A stretch of 64,000 nucleotides of DNA, from contig JANJGN010000003.1 of NCBI GenBank assembly GCA_026770705.1, positions 74,214,001 to 74,278,000 on the forward strand, written 5' to 3'. The stretch is from Isurus oxyrinchus. Lineage: Eukaryota. Below, in pieces: positions 50,503-62,240 of the stretch. The translations under genes and the position numbers were made by a program. Below the pieces are notes generated by a model. That model did no database searches and was not told the origin of the DNA. It saw nothing but the letters and a program-made list of their open reading frames with translations. How positions within the stretch are numbered: position 1 is the first letter of the stretch; every line of letters starts with the position of its first letter.

Positions 50503-53015
50503 CCAGGACCCGTTGTTAGGCACTGTCTGCACTCCCATTACGGACCCCAGTGTTTGGCACTACCTTCACCCCCAACACGGACCCCAGCACTTGGCACTGT
50601 CTGCACCCCATTCTGCACGCCGGTGTTTGGAACTGACTGCATCCCCTCCTCTCCCAGACCCCAGTGTTTGGCACTGTCCGCACCCCCTCCTGGACCACAG
50701 TGTTTGGCACTGTCCGCACCCACATTCCGGACCCAGAGTGTGGAACTATCTGCACCCCCTCCCAGACCCCGGTGTTTAGCACTGTCTGTATCCCCTCCCA
50801 GAAGCTGGTGTTTGGAACTATCTGCACCCCCATTCCGGACCCCACGTTTAGCACTGTCTACACCCCCATTCCGGACCCCATATTTAGCACTGTCTGCATC
50901 CCCTCCTGTACCCCGGTGTTTGGAACTATCTGCACCCCCATTCCGGACCCGTTGTTTAGCACTGTCTGCACCCCCTCCCCGACGCCTGCGTTTAGCACTG
51001 TCTGCGCCCTTCCCGGATCCCAGTGTTTAGCACTGTTTGCACTCCCTCCTGGACCCCAGCGTTTAGCATTGTCCATACCCCCATTCCGGACCCCGCTGTT
51101 AGGCACTGTCTGCAACCCCTCCTCTCCCAGACCCCGGTTTTAGCACAGTCTGTATCCTGTCCCAGATCCCGGTGTTTAGCACTGCCTGCATCCCCTCCTG
51201 GAGCCTGGTGTTTGGCACTGTCTGCACCCCCATTCCAGACCCCGGTATTTAGCATTGCCTGCACCCCCATTCTGGACCTGGTGTTTGGCATTGTCTGCAC
51301 TCTCATTCCGGATCACGGTGTTTAGCATTGTCTGCACCCCCATTCTGGACCTGGTGTTTGGCATTGTCTGCACTCCCATTCCGGACCTCGGTGTTTAGCA
51401 TTGTCTGCACCCCCATTCCGGACCTGGTGTTTGGCATTGTCTGCACTCCCATTCCGGACCTCGGTGTTTAGCATTGTCTGCACCCCCATTCTGGACCTGG
51501 TGTTTGACACTGTCTGCACCCCAGTGTTTGGCATTGACTGCACACCCATTGGGGACCTTAGTGTGAGGCACTGTCTGTACCCTGGCGTTTGGCACTGACT
51601 GCACACCCATTGGGGACCTGAGTGTGAGGCACTGTCTGCACCCCCTCCTGGACCCCAGTGTTAGGCACCATCTGCACTCCCATTACGGACCCCAGTGTTT
51701 GGCACTACCTGCACCCCCAACATGGACCCCAGCGCTTGGCACTGTCTGCACCCCATTCCGCACGCCAGTGATTGGAACTGACTGCATCCCCTCCTCTCCC
51801 AGTCCCCAGCGTTTGGCACTGTCCGCACCCCCTCCTGGACCACAGTGTTTGGCACTGTCCGCACCCGCATTCCGGACCCAGAGTGTGGAACTATCTGCAC
51901 TCCCTCCCAGACCCCAGTGTTTATCCCCTCCCAGAAGCTGGTGTTTGGAACTATCTGCACCCCCATTCCGGACCCCACATTTAGCACTGTTGCACCCTCT
52001 CCTGGATCCTGGTGTTCAGCACTGTCGGCATTCCCTCCCGTACCCAAGTGTTTGGCACTGCTTGCACCCCCTCCTGGACACCAGTGTTTGGAGCTATCTG
52101 CACCCCCATTCCGGACCTGTTGTTTAGCACTGTCTGCACACCCACTGGGGACCTGAGTGTGAGGCACTGTCTGCACCCCTGGTGTTTAGCACTGTCTGCA
52201 CCCCCTCCTGGACCCCAGTGTTTAGCATTGTCCACACCCCCATTCCGGACCCCGGTGTTTGGCGTTGTCTGCACCCCTATTCCGGACCCGGCATTTAGAA
52301 CTGTCTACACCCCCTCCCAGATCCCGGTATTTGGAACTACCCAGACCCAGTGTTTGGCACTGACTGCACCCCATTGTGGACCTCAGTGTTAGGCACTGAC
52401 TGCACCCCTCCTGGACCCCGGTGTTTGGCAGTGACTGCACCCTCATTGGGGACCTCAGTGTTTGGAACTTTCTGCACCTGCATTGGGGACCTCAGTGTTA
52501 GGCACCCCCTCCCGGACCCCGGTGTTTAGCACAGTCTGCATCCCATCCCAGATCTCTGTGTTTAGTACTGCCTGCATCCCCTCCTGGACCCTGGTGTTTG
52601 GCACTGTCTGCACCCCCATTCTAGACCCCAGTGTTTGGCACTGTCTGCACCCCCATTCTGGACCTGGTGTTTGGCACTGTCCGCACCCCCATTCTGGACC
52701 CTGGTGTTTAGCATTGTCTGCACCCGCATTCTGGACCTGGTGTTTGGCACTGTTTGCACCCCGGCGTTTGGCACTGACTGTACACCAATTGGGGACCTGA
52801 GTGTTAGGCACCGTCTGCACCCACTCCCTGACCCCAGTGTTAGGCACTATCTGCACCTGCTCCCAGATCCCGGTGTTTAGCACTGTCTGCCTCCTCCTCC
52901 TGGACCCCAGTGTTTGGCACTATCTGCACCCCCTCCCAGACCCCAATTTTTGGCACTGTCTGTACCCCCTCCTCTCCCGGAGTTTGGCACTGTCTGCCTC
53001 TCTCCCAGACCCTGG
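50503..53015. repeat. GC-rich minisatellite, 35-37 bp unit, roughly 70 copies, with higher-order duplication
   Basis: Consensus approximately GTGTTTGGCACTGTCTGCACCCCCATTCCGGACCCCG, repeated head-to-tail with no spacers. Confidence 0.95.
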
Positions 53016-53019
53016 CCAG

Positions 53020-53285
53020 AGGCATTTAATTCTCCTGCCCTCCATCTATTAGGACCTTCCCTTTTGTTCTATGCCAACACCACGCCTCGCCTCACCGCTC
53101 CCCCTTTAACTTCCTTAAAACCTATTATACTTCTAACTTGCCCCAGTTCTGATCACAAGTCACAGATCTGAAACATTAAATCTTTTCCCTTTTCCACAGA
53201 CGCTGACTGACCTGCTGAGTATTTCCAGCATTTTCTGTTTCTATTTCAGATTTTCAGCATCTGTGATATTTTGCTTTTGCATTAC
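53020..53285 (+). mobile_element. Penelope-like 3' tail
   Basis: CAGACGCTGACTGACCTGCTGAGTATTTCCAGCATTTTCTGTTT, similar to the end of 2376-3365 and to about 4215-4265. Confidence 0.65.
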
Positions 53286-53395
53286 CATTCAATTTATATT
53301 ACTTCTATTAAAATGTATCACTTCGCACTTCTGTGTTAAATTTCATCCATGATTAATCAGCCCAATTCACAAATTTAAGATTGATTCCAGATCCC

Positions 53396-55908
53396 ATGAA
53401 GTCTCACGGCTTCAGGTCAAACATGGACAAAGAAACCTCCTGCTGATCACTACATCCCACACCCCCATCGCACCCCCTTAGCTGATGAATCAGTGCTCCT
53501 CCATGTTGAAAATCAACTGGAGGAAAAAATGAGGGTACCAAGGGCACAGAATGTACTCTGGGTAGGGGACTTCAATGACTGTCACCATGAGTGACTCGGT
53601 AGCACCACTACTGACCGAGCTGGCCGAGTCCTAAAGGACTGGGTCTGCGGCAGGTGGTGAGGAAACCAACAAGAGGAAAAATCTACTTGACTTCATTCTC
53701 ACCAATCTACCGATCGCAGATGCATTTGTCCATGACAGTATCGGTAGGAATGATCACTACATAGTCCTTGTGAAGACAAAGTCCTGCCTTCACATTGAGG
53801 ATACCCTCCATCATATTGTGTAGCAGTACAACTGTGCTAAATGGAATAGATTTTGAACAGATCTAGCAGCTCAAAACATGCATCCAAGTGGCACTGTGGG
53901 CCATCAGCAACAACAGAACTGTGTTCAACCACAATCTGTAACGTCATGACCCAGCATATCCCCCACTCTACCATTACTATCAAGGTGGGGGAACAACACT
54001 GGTTCACTGAAGATTGCAAGAAGATATGCAGGAGGATGCAAAAGACAGAGCTAAGTGACCCCACGACTAACAGATCAGATTGAAGCTCTGCAATCCTGTC
54101 AAATCCAGGCGGGAATGGTGATGGACAATTAAACAACCAACAGGAGGAGGAGTCTCCACAAATACACCATCCTCAATGACGGGGAGCCCAGCACATCAGC
54201 GCAAAAGGCTGAAGCATTCGCAACTATCTTCAGCCAGAAGCACCAGGTGGATGATGCATCTCAGCCTACTCCCGCATTCCCCAACATCACAGATTCCAGT
54301 CTTCAGCCAATTCTATTCAATCCATCTGATATCTAGAAATGGCTGAAGACACTGGATACTGCAAAGGCGATGGGCCCTGACACATTCCAGCAATAGCACT
54401 GGCAACTTGTGCTCCAGAACTAGCCACGCTCCTAGCCAAACTGTTCCAATACAGCTACTACACTGGCATTTACCTGGCAACATGGAAAATTGCCTAAGTA
54501 TGCCCTATACACATAAAGCAGGACAAATCCAATCCAGATAATTACTGCCTCATCAGTCTACTCTTGATCATCAGCAAAGTGATTAAGGTGTCGTCGACAG
54601 TGCTATCAAGTGGCACTGACACAGCAATAACCTGCTCACTAACCCTCAGTTTTGATTCTGCCAGGGCCACTAGGCTCTTGACCTCACTACAGCCTTGGTT
54701 CAAACATGGACAAAAGAGCTGAACTCGAGAGGTGAGGTGAGAGTGACTGCACTTGACATCAAGGCAGCATTTGACCGGGTGTGACATCAAGGAGCCCTAG
54801 CAAAACTGGAGTCAATGGGAATCAGGGGGAAAACTCTCCACTGGTTGGTCTCACACGTAGCACAAAGGAAGATGGTTGTGGTTGTTGGAAGTCAGTCATC
54901 TCAGCTCTGGGACATCACTGCAGGAGTTCCTCAGGGTAATGTCCTAGACCCAACCATCTTCAGCTGCTTCATCAAGACAATAAAATAAAACAACTTCTCC
55001 ATCCTAAGGTCAGAAGTGGGAATGTTTGCTAACAGTTGCACAATATTCAGCACCATTTGTGACTCCTCAGATATTGAAGCAGTCTGTGCCAACATGCAGC
55101 AAGACATGGAAACTATTCAGGCTTGGGTTGAAAAGTGGCAAGTAACATTCACACCACACAATTGCCAGAAAATGACCACCTCCAACAACAGGGAAGCTAA
55201 CCACCTCTTCTGAACATTTAATGGCACTGTCATCGCTGAATCCTCCACTATCAACATCCTGGTGGTTACCATTGACCAGAAACTAAGGACCAGCCATATT
55301 AATACTGTGGCTACAAGAGCAGGTCAGAGGCTGAGAGTTCTGCAGTAAGTAACTCACCTCCTGGCTCCCCAAAGCCTTTCCACCATATACAAGGCACAAG
55401 TCAGAACTGTGATGGAATACCCTCCGCTTGCAGCTCCCACAACACTCAAGAAGTTTGACACCATCCAGGACAAAGTAGCTCCCTTTTTTGGGCACCCCAT
55501 CTACAAACATCACTCCCTCCATCATCAATGTACAATGGCAGCAGTGTGTATCATCTAAAAGATACACTGCAGCAACTCACCAAGGCTCTTTCAACAGTAC
55601 CTTCCAAACCCACAACCTTACCACCTCGAAGGACAAAGGCAGTAGAAGTATGGGAACACCACACCTGCTAGTTCCCCTCCAAGCTACACACCATCCTGAT
55701 TTGGAAATATATCACCAATGCTTCACTGTTGCTGCATCAAAATCCTGGAACTCCTTTCTTAACAGCACTGTGGTTGTTCATACAACACATGGATAGCAGC
55801 GGCGCAAGAACGCAGCTCACCACCACCTTTTTGAGGGCAATTAGGGATGGACAATAAACGCTGGTCTAGTCAGCGATGGCCGTATCCCATGAACGAATAA
55901 AATAAAAT
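53396..55908 (+). mobile_element. LINE family B, endonuclease to 3' end
   Basis: APE motifs (LWVGDFN, PTRGK..LD, NDHYIVLVKT), RT motifs (ALDIKAAFDRV, GVPQGNVL) and tail GAGGGCAATTAGGGATGGACAATAAACGCTGG..GAATAAAATAAAA. Confidence 0.9.
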
Positions 55909-58139
55909 GTCCTCTTGATGTTTGCTACCATCACCTTATTGTTTACTGTAGTTCTGAATTTTATGTTGCCTGCAAACTTTGAATTTATACCCCTTATACC
56001 CAAGTACAATCATTAACATGGATCAAAAAGAGGTTTTATCAAGCGATTATTAAAATCTTACCATTCTGCCTTTTGAATGCACTAAATTTATCCTTTTGAG
56101 ACAATGGGGGCAATGTGCACCTAATCCACCCATTGGAACACTGATAGTATTGGATACACCACTAGTTTTACACCCAGCCTGATTTTATTGTCTACTGAAG
56201 TCCAAGGAGCATAATATTGTGGGCAGGAGTGTTATAAAACTGGCATCCCACGGGGTACCCATGGATTTATTGACCGGTGAGTTAGTTCAGATTTTCCTTC
56301 TAGTGGAGCAATCCTCTAGGTCGCTCAGCCCATTAGCAGCAACATACATGTGCTTTCCTGCCAGCAGTTGCTCTGCTCTCCTTTCAGCAGTGTTCTTAAA
56401 TGGCAACTCTCGCTCCCAATTTCCGACTTTATGACTGGCTCCCATATCAGATACAGTCCTGTAGCTAGATACAAGGAAAATTTTAAAATCTGCTATGGCA
56501 GCTAGGACTGAAGTAAGGAGGGTGAGTTACTATGTGCATATCAAAGTGCTGGAGGAGGGAATGGAGCAGCAGCAGATGGCAATAGCTGATAAGGAAGTGC
56601 TGATGTGTTCCTGCTGCTGGGTTCAACATCTTTAGAGATGTCGCGATGATGCAGGCCTGAGTGAAGATATACCCGATACATATAAAATAAACCTTCCCCA
56701 GGCTAGCACGTAAATTACTCGTCTTGCACTGAGTACATATGTACAGTGCGTTCTGCAAATTGGCAGGAACGAGTAAGAAAGTGCTGGTTAAAATAAGGAA
56801 GAACAAAGAGAAGATAAGCTTGTAAAAGCCAGCTGATATGTTAGTAAGCATTTTGATGGATAGACGCTCTTTAACACTGAGACTTTTATCTTATGTTAAG
56901 GATATCAATTTTTGAGCAGAATTTTACAGGGTTGCTCATTAATTCAGTCACCAGGCGGGGATTTTTCAGAGAAAAACAGAGACACCGCCACTGATGTCGA
57001 AAGTGGAGGGGTGACCTAAGGCTGCATTTTACCTGTGTCAGCCAATGATGTGGCTACCTCCAGGGCTGTCATCCTGTTAGGGATGGTGGTACCCCACCCA
57101 AGAGCTGCTGGCTCAGTCAGAAGGCTGGCAGCTCAGCAGCCTCTGCAGCACCACTGTTCTACTGGTGGCTACTGCCGGGGCGGTACTGCACCTAGAGGAA
57201 GAGGGCACATCAATGGACTTACAGTCTTAGAGCCAGGTAAGTGGAAATTGTTTCCCTCCCATAGTTGTGACAGCTCAAGTAATTGCAGCATTTCATCCAA
57301 GAGCAAAAAAAGGAATCACAATTTTTCAAATGCTATAAAGGGAGTTGGAATCATTTGGAATGATTTTTAGATACAAATCAACAGGAATCTCAATGTCTCC
57401 ATCAACAGAATGCTAAAAAGAAAAACTGCACGAGCTGAAAATTTGAGAAGTGTCATACATGCACATGTTTCCTGAAAAGCTACTTCTTCCATGTGCTTTG
57501 TGTGCCAAAATTGTAAAACTGCTCACAAATAAGTGACTTATGATTTGGTTGAACGTAAGAAAATGAAAACCTCTGCCCCACCAATCCTTTTTTAAATGAA
57601 TTTGCAATCCTGGTAGACATATCATTCCATGTTAGCTCACACAATGTAAATTGGGATTTGGATTTTATAGTTGTGGGTTTGTTATAATATGTTATCCTAA
57701 ATTCAATGCATTAATAAATTAGTTTAATTAGCAGTGTACTATGTTTGTTCAATTTTGATATGAATCCAAATCATTTAATAGAACTATTTATTTGGATGAT
57801 CTGTGCTGAGTTAAGAATTGAAATTTTTTGCATTTAGTTTTGGTACAAATATTCCCAAGCCAAGAACAGCTTAATTTCCATGCTGAGTAAAACTTCTTCA
57901 ATAATGCCCCAACAATAGGGAAAGAATCGATCAGTCAAAATTAATATGTTTACAAAGTCTTTATACTCAGGGCTGATATGGTCTGAGCATAATGAGTACT
58001 GTGGTGCGCAGTAGGCAAGGACAGTGGTGATGAGTGATTGGGGTTTTGTGCAAGGGACGCAGATGGCAGAGTTCTGGGTGACTTGAAGTTTATGGAGGAT
58101 GGAGAGTTTGAGTCCAGCAATGAGGGTGTTGAAGAAATT

Positions 58140-58727
58140 GGGCAGAATGTAATGCCCTCCAGGCAGTGAGTTTGGTGATGGGGAGGCATTTAATCAGGCA
58201 GGGTGATGAAGGGTAGGGATCTCAATGCCTTGCCAACTCCGCCAGGTTAATTCTGGGGTGGGAGGGCTTGTGGACAGTCTTCCTGCCTGGACACTAATTG
58301 AGACTCTTAAGTGGGCAATTAACTCCTGCCCTTTCTTCTAACCACTGCCCCCCCACCCCCCACCACCCCCCTGACCCCCCACCCTCCACAGCCAGGAACC
58401 CCCACCCTTAGCCCCCATCAGTCCTCACTCACCTGTGGCCTAGGTCCTTCATTGATCCGCAGCCTCTGGTGGGTACATTACCAGCAGCAGCCACCACTCC
58501 CAGTGGCAGTGTTGGATGATGGAGAGCTGCCAGCCTCTGACTGGCCTGCAGCTCATGGGGAGATTTCCACCCAGGTTTCTAAACCCCAGGAAAAGGCCCG
58601 ACACAGCCACTTAAGTGCCTGATGGGCACCTTATTCCAACTGGCTTTCCCCAACAGAGCCGACTTGGGGCTCCCACTTGTTCTCCAGCTGGGAGTGATGC
58701 CCCTATTGCTAACATTAAATTCCACCC
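58140..58727. mobile_element. Harbinger-type MITE inside an L2 fragment
   Basis: TIRs GGGCAGAATGTA / TAAATTCCACCC. TSD ATT at 58137-58139 and 58728-58730. Confidence 0.85.
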
Positions 58728-59169
58728 ATTGAACGTAGAGGTGACAAAGACATTGCAAAAGGATTTTGAAGCAGTGGAGGCATGGGTATAGGCAAGCTCA
58801 ATTTTGTCAACTAATTTGAATGCTTTAATGGCTTGGCCATTACATGCAGAGTGTCAAAATGCCACCATGAGAAGAGTAGAATTTTATGTAGTAGCAGTAC
58901 TTAAAGGACAGCTTGCTGCCCTTAATGGTGTCAAACTGGTTGGTAGCAAAATGCATGAGGGTAGAAATGGCCCCATTCAATGTGCCTCATTGGAGGCCTT
59001 GTTGCAGGCTACAGCAATAGATGACCCCATTGGGGAAAGGGGAGGTGAGGAAAGGGTTACCCTGCTATAAGAGTACACTATGTCAGTATGGAAAGGGACA
59101 TTAGAGTATATAGAGCAGTCTCATCTGTGTCTAAAACCAACAGGTGTGTACTAAAGTTCATGTAAAGTG

Positions 59170-60200
59170 CCAGAGATCTGCTGACTTGGAGCCCCCTGCA
59201 TAAATGTTTAACGCAGCCACTGGCAGAGCTGTCCCATTGCTAGCATGGGTTGCAAGTCTGGTTGCTGAAGCATGTACAATTCTGCTAGGATGTCTTTTGG
59301 ATATCTTAGTTTATACAGACTGTATTTAGATCTAGGCTGTGATGAGGTATGTAACTGAATGATTCATTATTGATGGCTCTTTCAATCACTTCACTGATAA
59401 GTTGGAGGGAACTAATAGGGTAGTACATGTCCTGCTTACATTTATCTTGTTTTTGTGACTAGAACATGCCTGGGAAATTTTCCAATTGTCTGGTAGATAC
59501 AGATAACGTCAAGGCCAATAGTCTTTGCTGCTTTGAGTGCACATAGCATGAAGTGAAGCAAATTGGCATCTGTAATGATGGCCACCTTAAAGAATATAAA
59601 TAGGATTGGCTAGTCACCACTTCTGGTTGATGATGCTTTGCCTTTTCTTTTGCAGTCATATGCTATCTTCACCATAGTCCAGGATGGGGATGTTCATGGA
59701 GTGTCCACCTCCTGTTACCTGCCTAGTTGTCCACCACAATTTTTAGCTGTACTAGAGCTACAGAGCTTTGCTGTTGATTCTGGGACTTTTCAACTCATCG
59801 ACAGCCTAATATTTTTGGTGCTTAGCATGTAAGTAGTTCTGTGCAGTAGCTTCCTAAGTTTGTTACCTCATTCTAAGGTATACCTGGTGCTATTCCAGCT
59901 ACACACTTCAGCATTCCACATTGAAGCAGGTTTCATCATCCAACTTCATGGTGATCAAGGAAAGAAGGATGTGCTGTGTCATGAAGTCACAGGTTGTGGT
60001 GGCATTCTGCTCTGTTGTTGTCTTACAGTGTCCTGTAGATGCCAGTTCTACATTGGTGTATCAAATAATAGTCTTTCCTACCAGTATCACCATGCAATAT
60101 AAGATGCCCTCATTATAGAAAGGAGGCTTTGCCTTCAGAATTACTGTGTGCTGGTTGCTTCTACCAATCCTATCTTGGACTGACATTTCTACACAAGTTG
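59170..60200 (-). mobile_element. Old, heavily decayed LINE family B fragment
   Basis: Patchy similarity to 27200-28450 (TCAATCACTTCACTGATAA, GTCCTGCTT, GTAGCTTC..CCTCATTCTAAGGTATACCTGGTGCT). Confidence 0.55.
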
Positions 60201-60334
60201 GCTTTTGCTTGAATCATCCTTGATACAGCTGAACAAAAGATCATCAAAATCTGGATCACCAGGCTTTAGACTTTAATGAAGAAAATTTTTCACAGTAAAC
60301 TAAACTGAAAGTACTTATCTTGTCCTGATACAAT

Positions 60335-61055
60335 GGCCTATATTTTGCGATCAGCAATGAAGCAAGGGAGCATGCCGCTGACCTCGAAGAAAACCTCACT
60401 CAGAGATCTAGCAATCTCTGTAGCAAGAAGTGTATATCTCCTGCTGTGCATTTGATTGTAGCATTCTTTAATGGGGATTCCCAATGTGGAACTGGAGTAT
60501 GTCATCAAGCTACCCAATCACATTAAAGAATACTCACAGCCAGTCAACCAGGAAATGAAAAGCTCCAAAATCAAATCTCTTTTTAAAAATTTTACATTGT
60601 GTAAAATAAAGATTGGGACATGCACATGAGGTAAAGGTAAAAGATGAAATATAATGAAAAAGTTTTAAAATTATTTATAAAAATTCAGTTTAAAAATTCT
60701 TGTCATTAATAGAGGCATTTAACAACAACAATGTAAAATGATTTATTTCAGGGTCAGATCTGTTATTCAATACTAGTTATTTCTCAGACTTCTGATAAAG
60801 ACCCAGTTACAACTGAGCAAGGCCTAACTTTTATGGGGTTTCTGCTAACAATGCAAAAGTGGAAAAAATGAAATCGTTTGCTAAATTAACTGAATTCACT
60901 GTTTGGCGCTTTGGAGGTAGGGAGGCGGTGGTATCCATAGCATCATTTGTGGTGGACCATTGAGTAACAGACTGCAACTTCTGGATTTCTGCACTAATTT
61001 GCCCATATGCTTTTGGTCAGTTTCAGGGCGGTAATGACATGAATACTGACAGTAT
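60335..61055. mobile_element. Possible Harbinger-type non-autonomous element
   Basis: Starts with TIR-like GGCCTATATTTT. The right end is obscured by a LINE tail. Confidence 0.35.
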
Positions 61056-61059
61056 TCTT

Positions 61060-61380
61060 TAGACAGCACTTTCCAAACCCGCGACCTCTACCACCTAAAA
61101 GGACAAGAGCAGCAGATGCATGGGAACACCACCACCTGGAAGTTCCCTCCAAGCTTGTCACCATCCTGACTTGGAACTATATCGCCATTCCTTTGCTGGC
61201 ATTGGGTCAAAATCCTGGAACTCCCTCCCTAACAGCACTGTGGGTGTACCTATGCCACATGGCTGCAGCAGTTCAAGAAGGCAGCTCACCACCACCTACC
61301 CAAGGTTAATTAGGGATGGGCAATAAATGTTGACCTGGCCAGTGGCATCCACATCCCACAAATGAATAAATAAAAAAAAA
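61060..61380 (+). mobile_element. LINE family B 3' end
   Basis: CCAAACCCGCGACCTCTACCACC..CTCACCACCACC..TTAGGGATGGGCAATAAATG..A-rich end. Confidence 0.85.
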
Positions 61381-62240
61381 TCCTGTGTCTCTCTGTGTCA
61401 ATGCAGCCAAGTCTAAGCGATATATTTCCCTATTTTAGAACTGTGGCAACTGCTTCTGATTGACTGACTTCCAAGGGCAAAGAAAATCCATATTGTAAGC
61501 AAGACCAGATAAGGGTGACAACTTCCATCCCTGAAGGACATTATTGAGCCAGATGTATTTTTATAACACTTTTCTGATATTAACCCATTACTAAATCAGA
61601 AATTAACAGATTTATTCAAATGAATTTCACAAGTTACCTTAGTGGACTTTGAGTTATGGGTTGACTAATCTAGTACCATAATTGCTATACTAATGTACCC
61701 TTCATCTACTCAGTATGGTTTCTTCTTTATACTAATAAATAATAGGCAGTGATTACACCAAAAAACATAATAATAAATATAATTAAAGTATAATAACAGT
61801 GTACGGTTTGAAATTGTACAAATATGTGTTTTGTTAGCTATTGTTCTGTTATTAAATAGATGCTTCCCTCTATTGGAAAAACTGGTATGTTCATTGGTTT
61901 GTTCTTTCAGGCTTTATCTAGACTGTGCTCTGTACTCAATAGTTATTATAAAAACCTGTTAAAGAATCATGCATATTACCCTCTGTGGCAAGAAATAAAT
62001 AGTTAGTTTGTCAGTCAATCAAGAATACATTCTGCAGAGTTGATCAGACGAAGGGTTCAGCAGATGCTATATCTATATTTTGAAAGTCTACCTGATCTTT
62101 CATCAAATAATACTTTTTTGAGAGAAAACCAGTGAAAGTCAGGGAACTATTCATAAAAAATAACAGAATTTGTTTACAGCACAGAAACAGGTTGTCAGGT
62201 TCATAAGTGTGTGCTGGTGTTTTTCTCCACAAGCCACCTT

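Noticed and set aside
50503-53015. CRISPR-like array (about 36-bp repeats) and many Pro/Cys/Thr-rich ORFs
   Set aside because: Units are head-to-tail with no unique spacers, there are no cas genes, and the context is vertebrate. The ORFs appear in all frames as translations of the repeat.
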